64,000 nt of DNA, from the NCBI GenBank assembly GCA_015680685.1, contig MNCI01001832.1, forward strand, positions 67,404-131,403. Direction: 5' to 3'. The translations under genes were made by a program, and so were the position numbers. Every line of letters begins with the position of its first letter. Position 1 is the stretch's first letter. Shown here piece by piece: positions 27,753-40,502 of the stretch. This DNA is from Gnetum montanum (taxonomy: Eukaryota; Plantae; Gnetophyta). The notes below the pieces were generated by a model. It saw only the letters and a program-made list of their open reading frames with translations. It had not been told where the DNA came from and did not search any database.

Positions 27753-28527
27753 CTACAATCATGAACAATTTTAAGATTCAACTAGCTCAAAAAAAATCTC
27801 TAACAGTTCATAACCCTTCCTCAAATTCTTGGGTTTTGATCAAAATCATACCTTACTATGAAGTTTAGTTCTAATTGGAATTGTAGAGTTAGAAAATTTG
27901 TAACTTGGATAAATTTTTCTACAAGAAAACCCCCTTAATTAAAAATTTTTCTAATGTTTACAATAAAATTTATCTTTTATGACCCATCACAATCATTAAT
28001 TTCTTATTTAAAGTATGTTTGAATGGCTATTTGGAAAGAATCATTAAGTTTATTAGATTCTATTAGGTTAAAATATAATCATTTCTTATTGTTCTTATCC
28101 TTTCTTTGTTCTTCTAGGTGTTAGAAAAATTTGATGCAATTTTCACAAACTATACAGAGTATTCTCTTCCATGACTAAGTTGATCACTCTCTAAGCAAAA
28201 GAAAAAAAGAATGACTCAAATCAAAGTTGTAGTAAGGAAGATATGCATCTCTAAAGCTTGGAGGTCAAAAAAGAAGCATCAATTCCCTATGTGTGAAAGA
28301 GAGAATGAAATTTTTTTTAAAACCTCATGTGCATATGTAGATTTTTTTTGGGGATACATCATAGATATGACAACATGGATGCGATATCGTGGGGGCTCAT
28401 ACATTATATCTACAATATCACCATAAAAATTTTCAAGATTTTGTGTGATTTCTGATGGAAAAATTGGATAAAATGAATGTTCTAGAAGGTATAGAGATGG
28501 TCCAATGGGTTCTTAATCATAGGTGAT

Positions 28528-29568
28528 TGATGAGTGGCGAGGTACCCCTACACTCCACCATACGAATATGAGCGTACACGCGGGATCCGGTCGAACTCCG
28601 CAGACTAAATGCCTTAACGCCACAAGAAACACTTGGGGTTAATCGTTCGTTGTCTTCCCAGGCTTGCTTGTATGTGTCACGGTGTATGGTTAAGCAAGTC
28701 TGAGGTATGTGATTTTTTTGGTATTTTCGGCTTATCTTCTATGCTACCAGGAGAAAGGGTTGAGAAAACTAAACTAACTCTAACTAAGATCTAAGTCTAA
28801 ATTAACTAGCGTCAGCATCCGTTCCCACTTACCGGACACACCCTGAACTATGCAACTGCAGCTTACCAAACGCTAATCGTTACTGGGATCGCCACACGTA
28901 ACGCAAGTGCTCGAAGTGGTCGTACTGAGGCACCTATTTAGCCTACGTGTGATAAGCAGCCGATTCCTTAGCCAGCCGTACACACCCGTGGGTGCTCGTA
29001 ACTAAGTCGTACTTATCACACGATCTAGCCTAGCAATGAGCAGCCGATTCCTCAACTAGCCGTACACATTAGACCCGGGAGTTACCAAGCGCAGAATCCT
29101 GGAATACGCTACTGGGTTACCAAGCAGCCAATGCTCGTAATTGAGTCGTACTCATGCATTGCGTCAAGCAGCCGATTCCTTGACTAGCCGTACACGTCCG
29201 TAGACGCTCGTAATCAAGTCGTACTTGAACGCACTAGGAAAGCAGTAAATGAAAGCAATAAATGAAACCACGTGCTGCAAGGTTTATCCAATCAAGTTCG
29301 TCTTTATTGCCGTACACAACTTGGGTTCAGGTTACAAGCTGCTCGAATAAAGAGCCGTTCACTCTAGGACTCCTACTGCGGGCACATGGGGAAAAATTCT
29401 AACTCTGGAGTGATCAATCTGCCAGAGCTTCGCTACACTAGCCAGGATTGGGAAATGAAGGGAGTGCCGCCTCTTATTTATAGATATGGTGGCGGGACAC
29501 GATATCGCGTACGCGATATCGCAGGGTAAGACGCGATATCGCGGCCCAGTGCAAGTCGCGTCTCATCA
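28528..29568 (-). mobile_element. Young Athila-type solo LTR (1041 bp)
   Basis: TGATGAG...CTCATCA termini with perfect TSD GTGAT (28523-28527, 29569-29573) and no PBS or PPT. CpG-rich, minus TATA at ~29475-29484, minus AATAAA at ~29303-29308. Confidence 0.93.
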
Positions 29569-31499
29569 GTGATGCTTAAAAGGTAAGAATTTATCATCGA
29601 AGTCATGTGAAAGAAAGAGTTTGAGCAAGGTAAGTTGATTAAGTATTGTAGGATGTGGTTGGTTAAAACTGTTGAATGTATGAATAAAGATAAGTTTGTA
29701 GGAAAATAACAATGATCGTATAAGTGTTCTAGAGGCACAAGATGATGTGGAATTGATCATCAAGTATGAAACACAAGAGTTATACAGTGGGATTCTCCCC
29801 AAAGCAAGCTCCTACCCTTAATGTCCTGGTATAACCATACTTACAAATGTCCATAGGCACTTAAGGAGATGAACATAAAATATATGTATCTTCCAAAAAT
29901 ACACATGTTAGTATTATCTTAATAAGAAAATAATACTATATTATACAAAACCATTAAGTTATGATTGCATATAATAGTAAGGTAAAATGCTAATAATAGG
30001 GATTGCAAAAAATGAGACGTAAGGTGTCTTACCATAGGCATAATGAATTCTATGTGTTATGCATGGTTAGAATGATCATTAGCTTTTCCGTCCAAGATCC
30101 AAATCAAGTCCATACCACTTACTAATGACATCATATTGTATCATCCCAAGACTAATAACTATAAGACTACCATGGCTACAAAAAATATTAACACTTGTCA
30201 ATGACATACAACGAAGCAATTTATTAACAACACATTTTATTTTTAAAGGATACTTGACCATTGGACAGAGGAGCACCTTCAGGCCTAAGTAACATGTCTT
30301 TCTAGTCCCATAACCAATGGAAGTCTAAGAAATCTTGAAATTTCTAAGAAGTCACTTACCTTTAGGCATGGGTAACATGTCTTTCTAGTGACATGGTAAG
30401 GTAGCACTTATTTTAGAATAGACTTTAATTTTTTGTTAAAACTCAAGTAAATTAGACAACTTAGTAGCCAGATAAGACTTATAGTAGTAACCTTAGAAAA
30501 TCCATAAATTTCCTTGATGTCACACCCTTTTCATTCCCACTTGGTTCTTCACTTTTTAATCTGGGCATAATGATTATTAGTTTATTTTAATTTTATTGTA
30601 AAAATAATGTCATTATGTCCATGGTAAGAACCTCTTATTATTGAAAATGACTAGATGGATGACATGGTCTCACTACATATACAATTAGTTCTTTAATGAT
30701 TTGATAATATAAAGTAAAATTCTCATTGTTTTGACCACATCTTATTTATTTCTTTATACTCTATTAGAAAATCAAAAAATATGTACATGAAAAATAGTAA
30801 AAATTACTAAAGAATGAGAAATAGATAAGGAAAAATGTATAAAGAATTTGAAAGATATTCAAGAATGAAAGATGATTAAGAAATGTGGAAAGTATAAAAG
30901 AATAGGAATGATATCAAAGAATGTAAAAATTAGTAATAAATGTAAAAAGTATAACAAAAAATTATAAACCAAACAATTATAAAATAAAAATGTTGAAAAG
31001 CACTTATCAATTCCTGATTCAAGATAAGGTATCTCCCCCATGACTAAACTCATGGGTGAGTATTCAAAAAATAGACCCTAGATCCACAGGATCATACACT
31101 CTAGGTTTCTTATTTATCATCCTTAATAATTTAGATTTTCGCTTATTATCCTATGTAACATTGATGATTATCAAATTTTAATCATTAGGAGACACATATC
31201 TTGTTGGACTAGATGATATTCTTATTTTAGATGGTCCAAATATGTTTTAGTATTCATTCTTAATTTTAGGTTTTGAGTTTCCGTGCTCACTACTTGTTCT
31301 TAATGTATGGTCATGTTTTAGGATATCCTTCTCTAAGTTTTTGATTTGGGTCATTTTCTTAGTGTAGGATTTGATAAGTGGACTAGATGTTTCCATGCAT
31401 ATTTTGAGTAGTTTCATGTTCCCATTTCTTAACCATTGGGTTTCTTTTGGTTTAGTGGCCATTTTTTCTTTTTATATAAACACTTATTATTCACATTTG

Positions 31500-34230
31500 T
31501 TGTGGGCTAATGTAAGGATCTTGTTGACATTTTGAACTTTTGGTCCATAACTACACCCTTCTTCATTGTAAGTAATGCATGGAATTCATTGCAATTATAT
31601 GGCTCCTTGTGCATATTCCTTCTAAATTTCCAAGAACAAGTTTGTCATTCCTAACTTAGCATCAATTATGCTAAGCCATGCTCTCCCCATGATGATACGA
31701 AAGTCTCTATTATCATTCTTCACATCAATCACCAGAAAATCTACTAAATAAGACCACTCATTAATAGTGGTCACCATGACTTCTACCTATCCCAAAGGAA
31801 TGGTAACTAATTGATCTGCAAGGTCTAATCTTATGTTGCATTTCTTTAATGATGGTAGGTTCCATGGCTTGTATGTTTCTTGAGATATTAAGTTAACTCC
31901 AAAACATGATTCTAGCAGATATTTGCATGATAAATTTCCAGCAATTTGTAAATAAATCATGGGATTTCTAGAATCTATTCTTTTCTTGTAAAGTGCTCCT
32001 ACTTTTATCCAATTTGACATTGTTTTAGTTAGTATGATAGTTGTAATCTTTTGGTTTGGTTGTTGTGGAAGCACAGTGAATGTAGGAGGCTCGATCATAG
32101 AAGGAACTTGATTGGATGAGCCTGTTACTCTACCAACCTTTTTTGAACTTGTCCTAAAGAAAGGAAATTTCTTAGATGTACCTTTAGTATTGTTGATATG
32201 ATCCTCTTTCTGCATACTCACTACCCTTATTGCACTTTCCTATTGTGGTTGTGTTAGCAATTCTCCTTGCATAATTGGTGGCGGTACTGGTGTTAATGCA
32301 TTGGGAGCTTGGAAAAAGAAACTAGTTGCTGGTTGAGGTATGTAAGAATTTGGATTCATGCATAAAGTAGTGGGTCTATGGTACTTTGGTGGATAGTAAG
32401 AAGAGGAAGTATGAACATAAGTGTTTCTGAGAGAGATTGGACATTATACGTAGTATCCATAGGGAACATGTTGCTTATATGGATATTGTTGCCTTAGTGG
32501 TAACATTCCCCATGCTTGTGGTTGTTACCGCTATTGTTGGTATTGCTCTTGCTATTAAGGATAAGCCCAGCTTGAATATTATGATTGCTAGTAGGATTAT
32601 CTAAAATTACCTTGTAGATAAGATAATTTTCTAGGCATTTGTTTCTTGACAAATCTTAGATTGCGTACATATATCTTGAACTCTTTTAAGTGGGCCATAA
32701 CAAGGCAACATTCTTTATGATGTTCATATTAGTATACTTTACATCCTTCATCATCATCTGAATTGGAGTCTATTACTTCCTTCACTATAACAACTTTTCC
32801 TTTACTTGTGTATTTTTCATGTCTATTGTCTATTTTCTTCTTCTTATCCTTACTTCTATTTACGACTTATTTATTCCTTTCCATAACTATCTTTAGTGCT
32901 ATAGTAAACTTCTCATCTACAAAATCCTACATTTTCTCTACCTCTGTCGTACTATCATTGACTGATTTCTGGATCGGAAGAGTCTTTCATTGGATCATAT
33001 CTTCTAGGGTTTCTTCTTCTTATGATTCACATATTCTTATTACTCGGTCTCTATTATATTCTTCTTGCTGATTCTCTTTTCCTTAGCTTTCATTTCTCTT
33101 TTACCACTTGGTTTATAAGTTTTTGGATTTGATGATCTATCATCTCAAAAAATCTACCTTGGGCACATAGCCCAAGGATTTCTCTTAACTTGTTCCTTAG
33201 CCCATTGATGATATGTCGTAGTTCCTATTGAGAGAATCCATGGCCTAAACACCTATGAAAATAGTACCTACCCATTGCTATGTAAATGGATTCATGTGTC
33301 CCTTGTTTCCATACTTGGATCTATTTTCTCAAATTTAACACTATGGAGTAGGTTTGATATTTTTCATTGAAGAATTCTAGCATGGTACTCCATCTTCAAA
33401 TTGATTACAGTTCTAATAATTTGTATGAGCTCTTAGTTTCTTTTATGAATTTTCTAGGAAATAACTTCAACTTTTGCCAATTATATTCCATGTTTTGGAA
33501 AGCGCAGGCATCATGGAAGGCCTAAAGATGGTGTTGTGGATCTACATTGTATCTACCTTTAAATTTTAAAATATTATTCATATCTAGTCACTTGATGTGA
33601 CTATCCCTTACATGCTTGGTGGAAATGTACATAGACTCCCTAATATTGATCATGTTATGAGTGGCCAACAAGGGTTCTTCATAGTCTTCAGGTTCATAAG
33701 ATCTATTGTAGTGATGATCCCTTCAATTCTCATGATGCTTTTTCACTTCATGTTTGATTCTTTCTACCCTTTTGTCATGATTATCTTCCTCTTCATCAAG
33801 ATGCCTTCTTCTCTGTGCATGTCTCTCATGGTCTCTTCTTCTTCATCCATCATGATCCCTTATTCTTCATTCTCTCTTGCCATAATCTATAGATGAATGT
33901 GAGGAAGAAGATGAAGGAGTTGAAGAATGGTGCTAGTTAGTTTTCCTTCAATGACTCCTTGATTCATCTCTTTTGGATTCATTGGAGGTCTTAGGCCTTG
34001 AATTTATCCTTAGTTTAGAGTCCTCCTTATTCCTTCCTAGGGTTTCTGCAAGAATTAAATGTAGTTTTAATTTAATAGGATCTTCAATGTGGATGATTAG
34101 TGTTTGGGAATTAGACCAATGAGTTTGGTAACATTTCTCATTTTGGAATACAACATCTTTCTTTTCTTCTAGGACAACTATTTGAGGTGCTTTCTTTCAT
34201 TTGTCATGTTCATACCTTGTCTTCATGATG
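31500..34230 (-). pseudogene. Athila gag and protease remnants
   Basis: ORF 31787-32221 (...KYLLESCFGVNLISQETYKPWNLPSLKKCNIRLDLADQ...) and IIMGRAWL, homologous to 54933-55496. gag core is homologous to 53330-53900. Confidence 0.8.
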
Positions 34231-34717
34231 GCATCCCTTCTTGCCTAATCCTCTATTGGCTAGTATGAAATAGTCATATTTTTAGTGACTTGATAGCCTT
34301 CTTGCACATGGCCAAGGTTTGACCTCATAAGAATTACATGAAGCATTGATGATGCTGAACATTCAAGTATTAAGACAATGTTACCTTGCAAATCTCTCCA
34401 TCTAAGCTGTTCATCCTAGTGAAAAATTAATATAAAATTAAGATAATAAGGATTAGTATGAGCATAGGAAATCCTAGTTTGCATTAGTGCATTCCAATAT
34501 TCTTCATTGTAATCCTTGTCATGTCTTTCAGTAAAATCAATAGTAGGTGGAGATTTTCTTTAGTGGTAGAAGCAATGTTAATTGTTTTGATACTTAAGTA
34601 TGTATGTTTGAGAAATTCTTCTAAGTATGAAAGATGTGCTTTGTGTTTCTTGATATAATGAACTTTGTAAAATCAATTAACTAGCAAACATTGACACATA
34701 CCTAGCAATGGCACTAA

Positions 34718-35587
34718 TGATGAGCAATTGGGTATTTCAACACTCAATCATACAAGTGACAAGTGTTCACATGTGACTAGATTGTAATCCATGGATGGGA
34801 AATGTAAGTATACTAGTAGTTGATGTTAGGTTTGTCATCGTTGTCTTCCCACTTAGAGTTAGTGAGGTGCAAATCATACAGTTTAACTCTTAGTAAGGTA
34901 TATGATGTACTAATGTTGTTCGATTCGAAATATACTAAGTGCCAACATAGTAAAAATGATTATAAATTCTAAGTGCAGTAAAAATGTAAATCTATTTTAT
35001 CTTATTGGCAATAAGAATTCATTCTTAGTTTTCTATACACAGCCTAGGCTAATGCAACTATTACTAGGATTACCAAATAACTTTACTACTGAGTGAATCA
35101 AGCAAAGTCACTACTTGGTTACGAAACAGTTACACTTCACACTCAAAATAAGTTGTACTTATTTTGCCTCACTAATAGACATTGGAAAAGTAAAGGACTT
35201 AGCAAAAATAAATCACTTAGTAAATGTAAATAAGATGGAAAAGTAAAATTATGCTAAGTGAATTGCTACAATGATGAAAAACAATCTTGATCTTTATTAT
35301 CATCCATGAATTATATCCAAGAATAATCCACTCGAATAAAGATTTCGTACAACTATAATTCACCACACTGTGGTATTAACTTTAACTCTAAATCACAAAA
35401 ACAAATTGCAAGAATTTCACTAAGTATCAACAAAAAGTTATTTTTTCAACACAATGGTGGATTGGTATTTATAGATATGACCATGGCTAACTATACTGCA
35501 TCTATGATGATGGATGCAGATCTACGATATCATAACTATGGTATCGTAGATACAATATTTTAGGCTTGCATTATAAAGGTTTTATCA
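34718..35587 (-). repeat. 5' LTR of minus-strand Athila element
   Basis: tgatgagc...ttatca termini, adjacent PBS, minus TATA tatttataga at ~35466, and decayed hairpin module at ~35030-35165. Confidence 0.82.
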
Positions 35588-36071
35588 ACTTCTATACAAT
35601 ATACATCAAGTGTATCTTGTATAAGGGACTTATTATTATCTTTATACCTACATTGATGATGCCTTATGTTTTTTCCTTAGCTACCTTCATTCCAAGCCTA
35701 CATCGAGTAAATTTTATATGCTATGCTTAACAACCTACAATGCAAAAGCAAAGTAAATTTTATTGCTTGCAATGATGACTCTTTTATTTTACTATTATTT
35801 CCTTCCATTTTTATGTTTCCTTTTCTACTACGTTAGAGCTTTATATTTGCTCTTGTAATTCCTATAATTCTCTTAACTATTCATAAATGGGTTAAGACAA
35901 ATGATGATCATGATCAATCATTTTTTTTACTAATTTATTTCCTAAACTAAGGATTCCTTTTTAAGGACACTCTTTTATTAGTTCCTTCTACTTTTGTTTC
36001 ATTAGGATCTTGTTAGATAATGTTACTTTCAAGGGTTTTCAAGCAACTTGTATAAATTTTATGTTCTTATG

Positions 36072-36093
36072 TATATATATATATATATATATA
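36072..36093. repeat. (TA)11 microsatellite
   Basis: Directly visible. Confidence 0.95.
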
Positions 36094-37510
36094 TTGTAAA
36101 GAACAAAACAATGTATTCATTGCTTGATTCATGCCTTCAAATTTGATTATCCTCTTAAGATACCATTACACATTTCACTTTGTATAAAATGGGAAAATTA
36201 AAATTTTTCCTACATGGTTGAAGTGTTGAGCCAAAATTTATCCTTCCAAGGAAAATGAGTAGAGACCTTGAATATTTGTCCTTGATTGTAGGCATCCTTC
36301 AGAAGTCATTTTTTGTATAAAAATATCATTATTTAAATATTGATTATCTTATAAATTAATCATCATCAAGATTGATTTCAGCATATTACCTTTCCCTTCG
36401 CAAGCCATGCTAAAATCTAAAGAATGCATGAAGACTTTATATGTCAATAAAAAATGTTCACATTAATACCTTTAATGTAGGAAAATTTAAATTGCATTAA
36501 GATTATATCAATAATCCATGAAAAAATAGTTTTAATAAATTTAGGATTATTGTCTTAAATATTCAATATTGTTTACTAATACCTTTAGATAAATATAACA
36601 ATATAATCCAAATTTATGAGTGTTTTATCATCTCAAAAAATAAACTAATAACAAAAGTAGAAAATACTATACACCATACAATTAAGAAGGTTGTTATCAC
36701 AGTGTCACTCAAAGTTCTATTTAAACCTTATATATTATGATGTTTAACACTTCCACCAGGAGAAAACAACTCTTGTCATAGCAAGAAATGTTGATTTAAT
36801 TTCTCAAAAATTGCTTAAAAATCATTTACAATATATATATCAAATAGGATTAGGATTCAGCTGTTGTCTTTCACAAGTAACTTCAAACTTTGAATGAAAT
36901 AGAAAGCCAAGTCTAAATTGATCATCCTTGTTTTGTCATAATGTTCAATTCAATGTTGGCCTTTGTTGTCTTTGGTATAAGGCTTTCCTTGTAGCACTCC
37001 ATTCCATGTTGAACTCTATTATTTTTGTTTCATAATCTTTTCAGATTCACATCAATAATAATGCCTCTATTTTGTTCATCAACTTTAGGAGTAACTTTTA
37101 TATTTAAAAATAACAAAAGTACATTCAAATTTCTCTTTTGTTACTTCTATATTGAAAATTTATGTAGGTGGTAACTGAAATCACAAACATATTAGAATGT
37201 GATTAATTTTATATTCAAGATATAAATAACAATTAACAAATAAAGGATTATTTTCATTTACAATAATATGTAATAAACCACTTAGTTCTCAATTTCATTT
37301 TCCATAACTAGAATCACTTACCTAGTAGATTTATAACACCAAAATGGATAGGTAAGATACTATCTTTAAATATAATTCAGAATGGAAAAGCAAGGTAAAC
37401 CTATAAAATAAAATGAAAGCGGTAGATATTACCCAAAAATGGAGGGTGTTGGAACCCAAAATAATTGACACATAAGTATACCCCAAGATTTATAGAAGTT
37501 TATAACTCAA

Positions 37511-37582
37511 TGCTACCTAGTAGAATCTGACCTATGACTTGGGGTTACTAGGCTAAGACCCGCACCACTAGGCTGACACCTC
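37511..37582 (-). other. Possible tRNA-derived SINE head or tRNA pseudogene
   Basis: Minus strand gaggtgtcagcctagtgg...aggtcagattct resembles Pol III A and B boxes at tRNA-like spacing; degenerate. Confidence 0.35.
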
Positions 37583-40174
37583 ATTAACATTATTAAAAAA
37601 TGATATAATTAGAGGGCAAAAGAAATCAAATAAATTTCAATTTTATAAAAACTTAAAACAAACATTAAAATACCTACATTAGAAGAATTTGTCTTAAGAT
37701 AATTTCTTTGCATGTAGTTCCCTTAATAAGATATTCGAGTATGTCTTAAAATTGCACAATATCTTTGATGTCCCCTTCCAAAATGTCACAAGACAAGTGG
37801 CACTATGTAGATTTCTAAAATTGACAGCTTGTGCACATGATACCATTTTTGAATTTTATCTTGAACTGTAACCTTTGTAGATGTAGAAAGCTTTTGGGTG
37901 GCAACAACCCTCTTTAGCAGACTTACAAGGGCTCAAGTCCTATTGTGAGGTTTGTTCATTCATCAACTCCAATTCTTCTTTCTTGTGCACTTTCCTATGT
38001 TTTAAGGAGACACATACTCAGTCAAAGGATCATCTTCTTCCAATTTTCTATTAGGCCCCAAATGAATTACCTCAACCTCTAAGATCTTGTATAAATGAAC
38101 TTTAGTATTCTTTCAAGGATTCCTTGGAAAAAGGAACTTTAGTGTTATACCATGATCAACAATCTCCTCTTCCACATAAGCATATAATTGTTTGATGTAT
38201 TGCAATGAAGAATTTTGTTGTTATGGAGATAAAAGGTAAATAAAGCATATGAAGAAATTTAAAAATAGGAGTTAAACTAATATTTGATGTAATGCTACAT
38301 TTGAGCTTTTCCTTATGTAATCTAAGTATAAATCATCAACCCCTCAAAAATGGAGAGGTTATGAAAACCAAAACTTTCAAGCAAAATTGAAATCTTCCAT
38401 GCAAAAAAGAAAAATCATGAAAGAGTATTTAGAAACCATTTTTATTTATAAAAAAGAAATGGACAATCTATAAGAAAACTGTTAGAAATAGCAATGTCTT
38501 GAAGTGCTAAAAAGGATTGAGATCACCTACAAGATGAACTCTAAGTAAAGATCTAGATGACTTTAGAAAGATCTAATCCAAAGATAACTTACTATGATTG
38601 AAAGAAAGTTTGGAAGCTCCACCTAAGCTAGAGAAGAATGGAAGATTATAGAAGAGTTAAGAAAGCTATGAGATATCTCAAGATAAACTTAGAAATAGCT
38701 TGCTTGTTGTACAACAAACTACTTATAGTAAAGATAATGGAATTACATTGCCTCATCATTTGCCACGGTTTGTCAAAGGTTTAGGAATCACTTTCTTTTT
38801 TATTATTTTTGTCACAATGACTTTTGATGTGAATGATTTTCTATTAAATATTTATCCTTTGTTTTGTTGATTGCTTTGTCATATAATAAATAATTAATGC
38901 AAGTTTTACAATGGTTAACACCAGAATAAAAACTAATAAAGGACACATAGCAGTGCCAAGATCTTCAATTGTTGCGATCCTCAATTTGGTTCACAACTGA
39001 AATGCAAAAAATGGTAACAGCGCAATGTTGTAGAAATCAGAAAAAAAAAAATGTAGCCTGGAAACTAAATCTAAACCACCGCAGGCCGGCTCGTTCGTTA
39101 CCCACCGCAGGCAGATACTACCATCGATCGGACGGAGCGGAACAATTAGAGGAAGAAGTGAATAGAAATGCACTATATATTTCTTCGTGCAAGTTTTACG
39201 ATCCTCAACATGGATATGGAAAATGAAAGATACACGCACCAATGTCATCTTTGATCTTCAATTGGGCTTGCAATTGAAATGTAATGCAGCAGGGTAACAG
39301 CTATGCAATTAGAAACCCCTGTGCAGCAATAAAACAGCTATGGCAATAAAAATTAGAAAAGAGAAACATGGCGTTTTTTTTTGCAGGAAGCATGGTGTTT
39401 TTTCCTTCTTTTTACCGATTTTTATCCAAGACATGCATCCAAACAATACGTGGCCTCCATGATGCTCATGATGTAGCTGCCATGGCAAAGGATGAGAACG
39501 CACAAGGGGATAACGCACGGCGGAACGCCAAGCTGTAAAAAAAGTTAATGTTTTCATCCGATGCTGCCGGAATTTAACCGCCCACAGCTAGTATCATAGC
39601 TTCAGAAAAAGAAAATAATAAAAATGACTATTCAAAATATTGGAAAAAATATAGATTTTATTTTTGATACAGTAGAAAAAATCTATCTATTGAAAACGTT
39701 TAAGCTTAAGATAAACATCCTTTGAGTAAATAATCTCCGTAAAAAGGCTCTACAATTTCAAAAATTTGTAATAAAAGAAGGTTTTAAACCACTCCTCTCA
39801 CCTGAATGATCCTCGAAAAAAATGCGTATGCTAAAAATACTTTGGCCAAAGAGTAAAGACCAAAACTATGCTTGAAAACGTTAAACCTTCCAAACCTTTG
39901 CTCTGAACAGTGAAACACTGGAGTTCTAAAATGGAATCCTAGAACTTTCTGGGAGGAAAACTCGCTTTGATTGATGCAACGATTTTCTTGGTTCGTGTTT
40001 TTCTACAGTCAGTTTAAAACTTTTTGGTTGTTTCTGCAGTGGAAATCAGTGGGTTGGCCAGCACTGCGAGGGGCATCGGACGAAAAATGTAAAAAGATAT
40101 TAGCCCATACCATCGACACGCTCTTACGAGTTTCGACCATGTTAAAAGGTTCCAAACAAGTAGGGCCCAATAGC

Positions 40175-40335
40175 CACTGAGCCCAACAATAATGGGCATT
40201 CATAAAAATTTAACGATGGATAAGCGTCACTGCAACAGGTACACAATCCAGTTCCAGCACTGAGCCCAACAATAATGGGTATTCATACAAATCTAACGAT
40301 GAATAAGCGTAGCCGCAACAGGTACACAACCCAGT
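40175..40335. repeat. 83-bp tandem duplication in the 3' flank of the GAT gene
   Basis: cactgagcccaacaataatggg...caacaggtacacaa.ccagt occurs at 40175 and 40258. Confidence 0.9.
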
Positions 40336-40502
40336 CACGCAACCCATGTTTCCGCCTCCCACGTTTCCGCCTCCCACGCGCCCATTAAATGCCGCCAATC
40401 ACGGAGACGCAATCGGCTTCGGTTTGCGTTTTCACACGACGAACACGAAAAATGCCATCGCTCTCTGCAAGGAAGGAAGAAACGAACGAACGAACGAACT
40501 AG

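Larger units (their letters stand above)
24610..35587 (-). mobile_element. Athila-type Ty3/gypsy element lacking RT/RH/INT, 3' LTR truncated
   Basis: 5' LTR 34718-35587 with decayed tRNA-Asp PBS at ~34699-34716. gag-PR, internal PPT at ~31031-31045, accessory ORF and terminal PPT at ~24757-24768. The 3' LTR begins at 24756 (aaaggttttatca matches the 35587 end) and is traceable to ~24610. Confidence 0.8.

Noticed and set aside
28528-29568. Hammerhead ribozyme/retrozyme or box C/D RNA suggested by TGATGA and hairpins
   Set aside because: TGATGA is simply the LTR terminus. I could not assemble a CUGANGA..GAAA..UH three-way junction, nor hairpin- or twister-ribozyme cores.
38520-38720. Possible LTR fragment (purine-rich, repeated tagaa/ctaga)
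   Set aside because: No termini, PBS, PPT or second copy to support it.
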